Positions 49,308 through 58,881 of a stretch of DNA of 64,000 nt are shown here, in pieces. A model generated the notes under the pieces. It searched no databases and was not told the DNA's origin. It saw nothing but the letters and a program-made list of their open reading frames with translations. The first letter of the stretch is position 1. The number at the start of each line of letters is the position of its first letter. Both the position numbers and the translations under genes were made by a program. The stretch lies in NCBI GenBank assembly GCA_025357545.1, contig JANXPB010000147.1, positions 8,361 through 72,360 on the forward strand, written 5' to 3'. Source of the DNA: Holophagaceae bacterium (lineage in GTDB: Bacteria; Acidobacteriota; Holophagae; Holophagales; Holophagaceae).

Positions 49308-51695
49308 TCACCGTTCGCGGAGCAGAGACTGGACCACCCGCTGGATATCGAGGTTACTCGCACTGGACTTGAGCAGCGTGCGGGAGACCTCGGCGGCCAG
49401 AGCGGATTCGCCCTCCTCTCCCGAGAAGAAGAGGATGGGCAGCGTGGGTCCGCCCGCGGCGTGCACGTCGGGGATAAGGTCGGCACCCCGGCCATCCGGC
49501 AGGTGGCTGTCAAGGATCACCAAGTCCACCGGGGTGGACAGCAGAATCTTGCGGGCGGCGTGGAGCGTGGGGGCGTGGAGGAGGGTCGTGCCATCTTCCA
49601 ACACCGCCTGGAGCACCCGATGCACGTCGATGTCGTCCTCGACGTGCAGCACTGTGGGCCGCGGATGGCTGCTCTCAAGGGAAGCCAGGGCCTGGGCCAC
49701 CCGGAAGGGGTCCAGGGGTTTCTGCATCCACTCGAGAACGTGGAGGGCGGGAACGCCCGGGCTCTCCTTGCCCGCCTCGGCGGCGGACGATGCCACCAGC
49801 ACCGGCAGATTCTGGGTGTCCGGGCGCTGACGCAGCTCTTCCAGCAGTTTCAGGCCATGCTGGTCCGGCAGCAGCAGGTCCAGGGTCATGGCGTGATAGG
49901 TGTTCTGGTCCAGGCGGGCTTTCGCCTCGGCGGCCGAGGCCGCGCGATGCACTTCGAATCCTTCTTTCATCAAGGCGGCTTCCAGCAGCCTCGCGGTGAG
50001 GGGGTCGTCCTCCACCACCAGGACCAGGGGCTTCACTGGCGGGACGAGGTCGGACTCGGGCTGGGCTTCCGGGAAGTCCAGCTGGAACACAGTCGACCCG
50101 GGCACCGACGTGAAGGCGATGTGGCCGCCCATGCCCTGCATCAGCGCCTGGGAGATGCTGAGGCCCAGGCCGGTGCCTCCTTTTTGCCGTGTATCCAGGG
50201 GTTCGGCCTGGGCGAATTTTTGAAAGACGGTGCCTTGGAAGGCCTCGGGGATGCCAGGGCCCTTGTCTTCCACCTCAATGCGCCAGGAGTGGCCGTTGGG
50301 CTCGACCCGCAGTTGCACCGGGGTGCCTTTGGGGGAGAACTTGACGGCGTTGGCTAGCAGATTCACCAATACCTGCACGATGCGGTCAGGATCCCCCTGG
50401 ACCCAGGCTTCCGGCGGCAGAGACGCAACCATGACGCCGGTGCCCATAGATTGCGCGTAGCCATGCACGGAATCCACGGCTTGTAATACCGAGATGCCCA
50501 GCTCGCAGGGCTGGAGATTGAAGCTCAGCTTGCCGCTCTCGACCTTGTCCAGGTCCAGGATGTCATTGACCAAGCGCACCAGCCGCTCGGTGTTGCTCTG
50601 GGCGATGGCCACCAACTCCGCAGCCCGGGGCGGGAGTTCCCCGAGGGCCTTGCCGTCCAGCAGTCCCAAGGATCCCCGGATGGAGGTCAGAGGGGTCCGC
50701 AGCTCGTGGCTAACCATGGAGACGAATTCCTGCTTCATGCGCTCAGCGGTCTTACGCTCGCTGATGTTGCGGGTGTTGATGACGGTGTCCACCAGCCCGC
50801 CCGCTGCGTCCTTGAGGGCGATGCCGTGGCTTTCCATCCAGATTTCGTGGCCGTCCCGATGCAGCGCCCGGTAGGAGAACAGTCCGGACCCCTCGCCCGC
50901 GACCAGGGATTTGAAGAAGCGTGCGAGGCCCTCCCTGTCCTTAGGATGCACGAAGTCCGTGCCGTAGTGGCCCAGGGCGGCCTCCAACTCGTAACCGAGC
51001 TCCCGCTGGAAGGCTGGAGTGAGGAAACGGAACCGGCCCTTTTCATCGCAACAGGCAATGAAATCGGTGCTGGCATTGGTGACTAGGCGGTAGCGCGCTT
51101 CGCTGTGCTGGAGGGCCTCCAGGGCCAGGGAGAGGGGAACCTGATTCAGCTCCCGCTCGGCCCAAGCGGCCAGATCCCGCAGCTGCTGTTGGTCGCCTTC
51201 GCCGAACTCCCGGGGCTCCGGGGACAAGAGGCAGAGGGTCCCCAGGTTCCGGTCCCCGGGCCCCCTCAGGGGGAAACCCGCGTAGAAACGGACGTGTGGG
51301 GCCCCCGTGACCAGCGGGTTATCGGCGAAGCGGGGGTCATTCCAAGTGTCCGGTACCACCAACGGTTCGGTTCCAAGGATGGCGTGGCCGCAAAAGGAGA
51401 TGTCCCGGCTGGTTTCGGCGACGTCCAGCCCCTGCTTCGATTTGAACCACTGTCGGCATTCGTCCACCAGGGACACCAGGGCGATGGGTACCTTGAACAG
51501 GCGGACCGCCGTCCGGGTGATGCGGTCGAAGCGCTCCTCGGCGCCGGTGTCGAGCAGGGCGAGGCTCCGCAGGGCCTGCAAGCGGCGGACCTCGTCAGGA
51601 GGTTGGACGGGAATGAGCATGGGACCCTTGGAGCATTCCCACTCTAGCTGCGCGGCCCGGAAAAACGCCAGAAAAGGAGGCGCTGGTGCTGCCAT
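49308..51695 (-). CDS. Hybrid sensor histidine kinase (GAF-PAS-HisKA-HATPase-REC-REC)
   Basis: GAF-like N-terminus, H-box SHELRTPLTSI, N/G boxes (NLLANAVKF, GTGLGLSIS), and two receiver domains (VLVVEDD; VLHVEDD). Confidence 0.9.
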   Translation of the reverse strand: MAAPAPPFLAFFRAAQLEWECSKGPMLIPVQPPDEVRRLQALRSLALLDTGAEERFDRITRTAVRLFKVPIALVSLVDECRQWFKSKQGLDVAETSRDISFCGHAILGTEPLVVPDTWNDPRFADNPLVTGAPHVRFYAGFPLRGPGDRNLGTLCLLSPEPREFGEGDQQQLRDLAAWAERELNQVPLSLALEALQHSEARYRLVTNASTDFIACCDEKGRFRFLTPAFQRELGYELEAALGHYGTDFVHPKDREGLARFFKSLVAGEGSGLFSYRALHRDGHEIWMESHGIALKDAAGGLVDTVINTRNISERKTAERMKQEFVSMVSHELRTPLTSIRGSLGLLDGKALGELPPRAAELVAIAQSNTERLVRLVNDILDLDKVESGKLSFNLQPCELGISVLQAVDSVHGYAQSMGTGVMVASLPPEAWVQGDPDRIVQVLVNLLANAVKFSPKGTPVQLRVEPNGHSWRIEVEDKGPGIPEAFQGTVFQKFAQAEPLDTRQKGGTGLGLSISQALMQGMGGHIAFTSVPGSTVFQLDFPEAQPESDLVPPVKPLVLVVEDDPLTARLLEAALMKEGFEVHRAASAAEAKARLDQNTYHAMTLDLLLPDQHGLKLLEELRQRPDTQNLPVLVASSAAEAGKESPGVPALHVLEWMQKPLDPFRVAQALASLESSHPRPTVLHVEDDIDVHRVLQAVLEDGTTLLHAPTLHAARKILLSTPVDLVILDSHLPDGRGADLIPDVHAAGGPTLPILFFSGEEGESALAAEVSRTLLKSSASNLDIQRVVQSLLRER

Positions 51696-51725
51696 TCACC
51701 CCTTGAGTTTGAGGTTGGCCCCCGT

Positions 51726-52196
51726 TCAGCCTTCAACGACCTTGGGCGCCATGAGGACTTTTGACTTGATGCTGTTGGCCACGAAGCAGTACTTGTGGGC
51801 CTTCTCAAAAAGTTCGACCACTTTATCAACGCTGGTGCCCGGCGCCACGCGGATGGTGGGGTTTAGGTGGATCTCGGTGACGCTGGTGATCTTTTCGATG
51901 GTGTCCAATACAGAGACAGCCTGGTCGTCATAGGCCAGGACTTCGATCTTCGTCTTAGCGGCCAGCGCCAAAAAGGTCAGCATATGGCAGGTCGCCAGGG
52001 CGGTGCCCAGCAGGTCTTCCGGGTTCCACAGCTGCACGCTCCCGGCGTACTCCGCCGCGCTGCTCACTGGAATGGCGAGCTTGCCGTCGGCGGTGGCGAC
52101 TGCGTCCCGGGAATAGGGATCTGCCAAGGTGTTGCCGGTCCAGGAAAGCGACAATGGGTACTGGTGGGCCATTTCGAAAGCTCCGTAAAGAGCCAT
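51726..52196 (-). CDS. OsmC/Ohr-family peroxiredoxin-like protein
   Basis: ~150 aa with YPLSLSWTGN and ALATCHMLTF (conserved Cys). The start is either 52196 or the MAHQY Met at 52172. Confidence 0.75.
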   Translation of the reverse strand: MALYGAFEMAHQYPLSLSWTGNTLADPYSRDAVATADGKLAIPVSSAAEYAGSVQLWNPEDLLGTALATCHMLTFLALAAKTKIEVLAYDDQAVSVLDTIEKITSVTEIHLNPTIRVAPGTSVDKVVELFEKAHKYCFVANSIKSKVLMAPKVVEG

Positions 52197-52215
52197 TGTC
52201 GCAGATGATGAGGGA

Positions 52216-53406
52216 GTGAGCCGCCCGCCCCTTACTGAACCCTTGATGCAGCTGCGGAGGCGGCTGTTGATGCGCTCATCGCATCGCCAGGGCCTGCCTC
52301 TTCGGGAAGGCAATGCCGTCAGCCTGCTCAACAGCGGGAGCGCGATCCTGGCCGCCACCCGGACCCTCATCCGTGGGGCCCAGCGCTCTATTTATTTCGA
52401 GATCTACATCTGGGCGGACGACGCCGTGGGCCGCGAGATCGCTGCCCTGCTCCTGGAAGCCCAGCAGCGGGGCGTAGAAGTCCGGGGGGTTGTGGACGAT
52501 CTGGGCACCTGGAGCAGCGCCGCCCTGCTCCACACCCTCGACCAGGCGGGCATCCCCCTGCTGCGCTTCCATCCCGTGGCGCCCTGGCGCCGCTTCCAGA
52601 TCATGAACCGCCGAAACCATCGCAAGCTGCTCATCTGCGATAGCCGCGAGGCCATCGTGGGCAGCGCCAACTGGGGCCTGGACTACGACGAAAGGACCAA
52701 TCCCAAGGCCTTCCTCGATGAAGGCGCGGTGTTGCGCGGCCCCAGCGTGCAGGATCTCGGCGAAGATTTCGACAAGGTGTGGCGGCGCGCGGGTGGCAGG
52801 CCCTTCCCACGGGCGGCCGAGGGCTCCGGGGGCCTTTGGCAGGGCCCCTGGATCGAGCCCATCGCCATCCAGCTGGTGACCAGCGCGGGCCGCCGGGGCA
52901 CCCGGGCCATCCGCCAGCACTTGTGGCTCCTGATCACGCTGGTCCAGAAAGAACTGCTCATCGCCAACGCGTACTTCGTCCCTGGGGTCCGCCTGACCCG
53001 GTTGCTGTGTCGCGCAGCTAACCGGGGCGTGGCGATCCGCATCCTGGTGCCCGGCCACAGCGACAGTGGTTTCGTGCAGGCTGCGGGCCGCGCTTCCTAC
53101 GGGAAACTGCTGGATGCGGGTGTGCGCATTTTCGAGCGCCGAGGCCGCATGCTCCATTCGAAAGCCGCGGTCTTTGACGAGGGCCTGGCCCTCGTCGGCA
53201 GCGGCAATTTGGACCCCCGCAGCTTCCGCTTGAACCTGGAATTGAACCTGGCCATGCATAATCGGGCGGTGGCGGGCGAATTGCGGCGGATCTTCGAAGG
53301 CTACCAGGCCGAAAGCGTGGAGATCGAGACCCAGACATGGGCGCGGCGCCCTTGGTGGCGCCGCGCCTACGAGCAATTCGCCTACCAATTCCGTTGGTTG
53401 CTGTAG
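52216..53406 (+). CDS. Phospholipase D-family protein (ClsB-like cardiolipin synthase)
   Basis: Two HKD motifs (NHRKLLICD..GSANW and LHSKAAVFD..GSGNL). GTG start with a GAGGGAG RBS. Confidence 0.85.
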   Translation: MSRPPLTEPLMQLRRRLLMRSSHRQGLPLREGNAVSLLNSGSAILAATRTLIRGAQRSIYFEIYIWADDAVGREIAALLLEAQQRGVEVRGVVDDLGTWSSAALLHTLDQAGIPLLRFHPVAPWRRFQIMNRRNHRKLLICDSREAIVGSANWGLDYDERTNPKAFLDEGAVLRGPSVQDLGEDFDKVWRRAGGRPFPRAAEGSGGLWQGPWIEPIAIQLVTSAGRRGTRAIRQHLWLLITLVQKELLIANAYFVPGVRLTRLLCRAANRGVAIRILVPGHSDSGFVQAAGRASYGKLLDAGVRIFERRGRMLHSKAAVFDEGLALVGSGNLDPRSFRLNLELNLAMHNRAVAGELRRIFEGYQAESVEIETQTWARRPWWRRAYEQFAYQFRWLL

Positions 53407-53432
53407 GCACTTCCGGTGGCTGTTACAGGCCT

Positions 53433-55262
53433 TCAGTTCCAGCCCACCTGGCGGCCCTTGTTCTGCTCTTCCAGCCATAGTTGAAGCGGCTTGAAGTACT
53501 CCACCATGGCGCGGGTGCTGAGGTCCTCGCCGGTGGCACCCTTCAGCACCTTCCGCCAATCCTCGGTAGCGCCTTTTTCGAGCACGCCCTTGAGGAAGGC
53601 GCCCACTTCCTTGTTCCCGGCGTAATTGCAGTTGCGGGGGTCCTGATGGAGGATCTGCTTGGCGATGTGGTCGTGCATCTGGAACTTGAAGACCGTCGCC
53701 AGACCGTAGCTGTAGTAGTAGGCGGGATTGTCGTTGATGTGGGTCTTGGTGGCGGCGTCGCACCACTCCTCGCCGCGGGTGGAGGGCGGCTTCACGCCCT
53801 GGAGCTGGCTGACGAGGCGCCACCATTCGCTGTTCATCTTGTCCTCGGGCATGCCCTTGGCGTAGAACTCCGCCTCCCATTCAGGCATGGTGCCGCAGGC
53901 CCAGAACATGAAAGGGATGGCCACTTCCAACGCGTCGTTGAGCAGCACCTTCATCTCGTCGGACTTGTAGTCCTTGGGCAGCACGCCAGAGGCCTTCATG
54001 TAGGGCACCTGCCGGGTGGCGAAGGCGATGAGCTCGCCGATGCCTTCATGGAAGAAGGGGGCCGCGCCATCCCGGAGCAAGGGCGGGACCTTGGGATTCG
54101 TGTAGCTCATGAAGTAGTACCCATGGCCCAGTTCATGGTGGGTGGTCTGGAACCACTCGAAATTGGGCTCGATGCTCTGCAGACTGCGGATATCGTTTTC
54201 CAGGTCCAGGTGCCAGCAGCTGGCGTGCTGGTTCTTCTTGCGAGGGTCGCCGGCCTTCACGGGATAGAGGTCGGACTTTTCCCAGAAGGTAGCGGGCAGA
54301 TGGGGGAACCCGAGCCCCACGTAGAAGTCCTCGGCGGTATGGGTGATCCACTCGGGCTTGCGATTGGCGAAGTAGGGGTCGAAGTCCGCGGCATCCACGA
54401 AGCCCGTCCAGTTCTGGCTCCAGCGGTTGTTGATCCAGTGGGCGGGGATCTCCTTGGGCACCGGCTGGCCGTACTTTTTCGCCAGCTCGTACTTCACCCA
54501 GGTGTGGAGCTGCAGGTAGAGGGGCATCAGATCCTTGCGGCTGTGGCGACAGAGTTTCAACATCTCGTCGGTCGTCATGCCGTATTTGGCTACCTGGAGA
54601 CTGAAGTAGTCGTGGTAGCCCAGCTCCTTGGCCACGCCGTTCCGCAGACCCCGCAGATTCACGAGCCCTGGCTTGAGCTGCACGCCGATCTCCTTGCTGG
54701 CCTCCCAGGCCTGGCGCCTGGCTTCCAGATCCTTGCTCTTGGATAGCACATCGTCGAGGGCGTTGGCGGTGACGGGCTTGCCCCCCAACTTGAACTGAAA
54801 GCCGTTCATGGTGCTGGCCTGCGTGGTTTCCGCCGCGATGCGCTGCTCCACAAGCTCGGGTTTGGTCATGGGGCCTTCGGCGGCGTTCAGCAGCACCCGG
54901 TCCAGTTCCCGCACGGTGAGCGGGTCCAGCTCCTTCTTGTGGGCGAGGAGGTCCTTGGCCTCAAGGATCACGGCAGGATTGCCCGTGAAAGCGGCGAAGG
55001 CCTTGCCGGAGGTTTCGGCGCTGGCATCGTGGGCCGGGGACACATCCGTGCTGGCGGCCCACTGGGCCTCGCTGTTCACCTTGTAAAGGGCCTTGTAGCC
55101 CTCGTTCACCAGGCTTAGAAAGCGGTCGGCGCGCTGCTGGATCAGCGATCTGATAGGACTCTCTACCGGAAGCACGACTTTCACCTTCTTCGCAGGGGTC
55201 TCCTGGGCGGCCATGGGCAGGACCAGAGGCAGGCCGAGGATGAGGGCGGGAAGCAGGCGCAT
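53433..55262 (-). CDS. Secreted M2-family (angiotensin-converting-enzyme-like) zinc peptidase
   Basis: AAGGAG RBS before the Met at 55262. Signal MRLLPALILGLPLVLPMAAQ. HHELGH zinc motif with downstream HEGIGE, and a size near 610 aa. Confidence 0.75.
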   Translation of the reverse strand: MRLLPALILGLPLVLPMAAQETPAKKVKVVLPVESPIRSLIQQRADRFLSLVNEGYKALYKVNSEAQWAASTDVSPAHDASAETSGKAFAAFTGNPAVILEAKDLLAHKKELDPLTVRELDRVLLNAAEGPMTKPELVEQRIAAETTQASTMNGFQFKLGGKPVTANALDDVLSKSKDLEARRQAWEASKEIGVQLKPGLVNLRGLRNGVAKELGYHDYFSLQVAKYGMTTDEMLKLCRHSRKDLMPLYLQLHTWVKYELAKKYGQPVPKEIPAHWINNRWSQNWTGFVDAADFDPYFANRKPEWITHTAEDFYVGLGFPHLPATFWEKSDLYPVKAGDPRKKNQHASCWHLDLENDIRSLQSIEPNFEWFQTTHHELGHGYYFMSYTNPKVPPLLRDGAAPFFHEGIGELIAFATRQVPYMKASGVLPKDYKSDEMKVLLNDALEVAIPFMFWACGTMPEWEAEFYAKGMPEDKMNSEWWRLVSQLQGVKPPSTRGEEWCDAATKTHINDNPAYYYSYGLATVFKFQMHDHIAKQILHQDPRNCNYAGNKEVGAFLKGVLEKGATEDWRKVLKGATGEDLSTRAMVEYFKPLQLWLEEQNKGRQVGWN

Positions 55263-55306
55263 GGGCACTCCTTGGGAGACCTCCATTGTGCCTGAACGGG
55301 TAGGCC

Positions 55307-56440
55307 CTAACAGGGCAACTGGAGGGAGAAGGTGGTGCCGAAGCCCACCTGGCTGTTGACGTTGATGCGGCCCTTGTGGCCCGCAACGATGCGCTGGACG
55401 ATGGCCAGACCCAAGCCCACGCCCCGGGTGGAATCCAGCGCGCGGGTCTGCCGGAAGGGATCGAAGATGAAGGGCAGCTCTTCAGCGGGGATGCCACGGC
55501 CCGTATCGGTGATGGTGATGCGGAGCCAGCGCAAACCGGATTCCACGCCGGCCCCGTGGTCCACGGAGGCCTCCAGCCGGACCGCCCCCCCCCGGGGTGT
55601 GAACTTGATGGCATTGGCGAGCAGGTTGGTGACCACACGCTCCAGCTTGGCGGCGTCGCCATGGATCTCTGGCAGGTCCGGTGCAACTTCGAATTGGAAT
55701 TCCTGGTCCGCCGCGGCGGCCTGCAGGCGGTGGCTGGCGACGGTCCGCTCGAGCCAGGGCCCAGGCGCGAAAGTTGCGAATTCGAAGGGCATCTGCCCGC
55801 TCTCGCTGCGGTAGACCTCCAGCATCTCCTCCAGCAGGGCCTGGATCTTCACATAGGAACCTTGAGCCTGGGGCTGGATGACGGCGAACAGGGCGGGATC
55901 ATCCAGGGCGGCGCCCAGGGCGATGCCGACCACAGTCATGGGCGAACGGATGTCGTGCACGAGCATGGCGGTAAAATTGGATTTAAGGGTGTTGATCTCC
56001 CGCAGCTTCAGGTTCGCGTCCAGCAGGTTCTCGTTCTGGGTCTTCAACTCCTTTTCGAGGCGCAGCATCCGCACCTGGTGTTCCACGCGGGCGATGACCT
56101 CCTCCGCATGGAAGGGCTTGGACACGTAGTCCCGACCACCCACCTGGAAGGCCCTCACCTTGTCCAGGGGATCATCCAGGGCGCTGATGAAAATCACCGG
56201 GATGTCCGCAAGCGCCGGGTCCTTCCCCAATGCCTCGCACGCCTCATAGCCATTCATTCCAGGCATGGAGATATCCATCATCACCAGCTCGGGCGGATTC
56301 CGACGAGCCGCGTCCAGGGCCATGCGGCCCGAAGGGACGGCCCGCACCTTGAACCCGTGCTCCCGCAGCAGGGCCGCCAAGAGATCCAGGTTCGCCGGAT
56401 TGTCATCAACGAGCAGCACATCGCTGGGGGGCACGAGCAT
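55307..56440 (-). CDS. Receiver-histidine kinase fusion (REC-HisKA-HATPase)
   Basis: VLLVDDNPANLDLL...MDISMPGMNG receiver, H-box LVHDIRSPMT, GVGLGLAIV G-box. ATG at 56440 just after the upstream kinase stop. Confidence 0.88.
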   Translation of the reverse strand: MLVPPSDVLLVDDNPANLDLLAALLREHGFKVRAVPSGRMALDAARRNPPELVMMDISMPGMNGYEACEALGKDPALADIPVIFISALDDPLDKVRAFQVGGRDYVSKPFHAEEVIARVEHQVRMLRLEKELKTQNENLLDANLKLREINTLKSNFTAMLVHDIRSPMTVVGIALGAALDDPALFAVIQPQAQGSYVKIQALLEEMLEVYRSESGQMPFEFATFAPGPWLERTVASHRLQAAAADQEFQFEVAPDLPEIHGDAAKLERVVTNLLANAIKFTPRGGAVRLEASVDHGAGVESGLRWLRITITDTGRGIPAEELPFIFDPFRQTRALDSTRGVGLGLAIVQRIVAGHKGRINVNSQVGFGTTFSLQLPC

Positions 56441-56448
56441 GGGAGCTC

Positions 56449-58650
56449 CTAGGGGAGGGCGGCGAGCAGTTCTTCCAATCGATAGGCCCTGAGCAACTGG
56501 CGGAGATGCTGGGCCAGGGGAAGGTCCTGAAGTTGATCTGCCAAGTCCAGGGCGGCGGGCGTGTCTCCGGAAGCCACGGCTTCCTTGAACAGGGCACACC
56601 AGCCCGGATCCAGCGCGCGCAGCCCATCCAGGGAGGGCGACCCGCTCTCCAGCGGCTCCTGGGCGAGGGTCCGGCGCAGAAAGCGCAGGCCAAGGTGGGT
56701 GGAGATCAGATCGAACAGCGCGGCCTCCTTGAAGGGCTTGCCCAGGAAATCATCGAAGCCATGCTGCCTCACTTCGGCGCGGTCCAGGTCGATCACCGAG
56801 GCGGAGATGGCGATGACCGGCGTGGGGCGCGAGCCCTCGGCCCTTTCAATCTGGCGGAGCTGGGCGATGGCCTCGAAGCCATCCATCCGGGGCATCCGCA
56901 GGTCCATCCAGACCAGCTCCGGCCGCTGCTGCGCCCACACTTCCAGGGCCTCGAGACCGTCCTGGGCGGTGTGGACCGCGAAGCCTACGGATTGGAACAA
57001 CTGGGTAAGCAGATCCCGGTTCTCCTCGCGGTCGTCCACCACCAGGAAGGAACAGGGCCGCTGCCCGGGTTCCAGACCCAGCACCTCGCCCCGGCCCTCA
57101 AGCTCCAGGGCGCTCTCGGCCTCCAGCAGCGTCACCTGGAAAGAGAACGTGCTGCCCACCCCCAGGCGGCTCACGGTGGTGATATCGCCCCCCATGAGCC
57201 GCACCAGGGCCCGGGAGATGTGCAAGCCCAGGCCCGTGCCTTCGGCCGCGCGTTGATTGGTGTCGGCCTGGAAGAACTGCTCGAACAGGCGGCCGAGGTC
57301 CACCGCGGAAATGCCGGGCCCCGTGTCCTGCACCTCGAAGCCGGCCAGGCTTCCGTGGTACCTGGCCCGCAGGGTGACGGAGCCCTCTTCCGTGAATTTG
57401 ATGGCATTGCCCAACAGATTCACGAGGACCTGCCGCAGCTTGCCTTCGTCCCCTTCCAAGAACAGCGGGAAGCCTGGCTGGATCTGCATCTCGAAGGCGA
57501 TGCCCTTGGTGGCGGCCCGCAATTCAAACAGGGCCCGAAGGGACTGGAAGAAGGGTCCGGATCCGAAGGGGGCGGTCCTCAGCGCGAGGCCCCCCGACTC
57601 GATCTTGGACAGGGAGAGCACGTCGTTGATGAGGCTCAACAGATGCTCGCCTGCATGGAGGATATGGCGCAGTTGGTCCTGGTCCTTGGTGGTGCGGTCG
57701 GGATTGCGGTGCATAAGCTGCGCGTAGCCGATGATGGCGTTCAGTGGGGTGCGCAGTTCGTGGCTCATGTTCGACAGGAAGGCGCTTTTCGCCCGATTGG
57801 CAGCCTGGGCCTTGGCCTCGGATACCCGCATGAGTTGGGCATCCTGCTCCAGGGCCAGCATGGACTGACGCAGCCGGTCGACCATGCGGTTGAGCTCCCG
57901 GCCCATGAGCGCCAATTCATCGGTGCCTTCCACCATGACGATGTGGTTCAGGTCCCCGTCGGCGGCGGCGCGCATGCCCTCCACCATGCGGACCACTTTG
58001 TGGCCCAGATCCCGGGCGATGAGGGAGCCCAGCACCAGGGCCAGGCCAGAGCCCCCCAGGATCATCAGGATGGCCAGGGTCTCCGAGCGCGCCACGCGGC
58101 GCGCGGAGGCCTGGACCTGCTCCCGGCCAGCGAGTTCCTGCTGAGCCGAAAGCTGGTTCAGGCGGCTCACGATCGAGTTCACGATGGGCACCAGGTTTTC
58201 ATCGAGAAACTGCCCGAGGCGCGCCAGGTCCGCCGAGTAAAACAGTACTTCGAGGTAGTCCATGCGGGTGCTGGCCTCGACCATGAGTTTCTCGGTTTCC
58301 GTCACCGCTTCGCGCTGGGCGGCATCCTGGTAGGAGGACCGGAACAACTCCCAGTCCAAGCGCAGGTTCAAGCGGGCCTGGTGGACCCTGCCCAGGCCGA
58401 GCTTAGGGTCGAGGGCACCGCTGCGCACCTGGCGCGCGGTGCCTACGATGTCCAGTACGTAGGCATCGGACACCGCCTTGAGTTGCCGGATGGGGATCAT
58501 GCGGTTCTCGAAGAGGCTGATGACCTCTTCCCCATCCTGCCGCAGGGATTTCACCTGCCAGAGGCTCACGCAGGCCAAGAGGGCTGCCAGCAGGCCGAAG
58601 GCCAGCGAAAGTTTGGTGGAGATGCGCAGACGGCTTAGGAGGGAGCCCAT
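56449..58650 (-). CDS. Hybrid sensor histidine kinase (periplasmic 4-helix sensor-HAMP-HisKA-HATPase-REC-HPt-like)
   Basis: Two TM segments flanking the sensor, HAMP, H-box SHELRTPLNAI, GTGLGLHIS, receiver (FLVVDD...WMDLRMPRMDG), and a C-terminal helical HPt-like tail. Confidence 0.9.
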   Translation of the reverse strand: MGSLLSRLRISTKLSLAFGLLAALLACVSLWQVKSLRQDGEEVISLFENRMIPIRQLKAVSDAYVLDIVGTARQVRSGALDPKLGLGRVHQARLNLRLDWELFRSSYQDAAQREAVTETEKLMVEASTRMDYLEVLFYSADLARLGQFLDENLVPIVNSIVSRLNQLSAQQELAGREQVQASARRVARSETLAILMILGGSGLALVLGSLIARDLGHKVVRMVEGMRAAADGDLNHIVMVEGTDELALMGRELNRMVDRLRQSMLALEQDAQLMRVSEAKAQAANRAKSAFLSNMSHELRTPLNAIIGYAQLMHRNPDRTTKDQDQLRHILHAGEHLLSLINDVLSLSKIESGGLALRTAPFGSGPFFQSLRALFELRAATKGIAFEMQIQPGFPLFLEGDEGKLRQVLVNLLGNAIKFTEEGSVTLRARYHGSLAGFEVQDTGPGISAVDLGRLFEQFFQADTNQRAAEGTGLGLHISRALVRLMGGDITTVSRLGVGSTFSFQVTLLEAESALELEGRGEVLGLEPGQRPCSFLVVDDREENRDLLTQLFQSVGFAVHTAQDGLEALEVWAQQRPELVWMDLRMPRMDGFEAIAQLRQIERAEGSRPTPVIAISASVIDLDRAEVRQHGFDDFLGKPFKEAALFDLISTHLGLRFLRRTLAQEPLESGSPSLDGLRALDPGWCALFKEAVASGDTPAALDLADQLQDLPLAQHLRQLLRAYRLEELLAALP

Positions 58651-58881
58651 GGTGGCCGGGGGAAAGGGTATCTCTTTCTAGGCGGGCGCGTGGAGGATGG
58701 CAAGGAGAATCGGGGATAGAAGGAATTCCCGGGATCAGGGAATGCAGCGTGAGATGCCAACCGACAGCCAAATTTGCTCAAAGCCCTGCCGCGCCAGGGG
58801 TGAGCGCCGGAGTGAAAAATGGGCGTCGGCTCCGTCGCGGACCTCGCCAAGGGGGAGAAGTTCCCGCAGAATCCATGGGTG

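Noticed and set aside
52276-53880. 534-aa - strand ORF
   Set aside because: Antisense to the PLD-family gene (two clear HKD motifs). It also runs, out of frame, into the same-strand M2 peptidase gene. The sequence is low-complexity.
56506-58638. 710-aa + strand ORF (and 55376-56452, 358 aa)
   Set aside because: Antisense to the two hybrid histidine kinase genes, which have clear H/N/G boxes. The products have no domain-like sequence and an extreme Gly/Gln/His/Ala/Pro bias.
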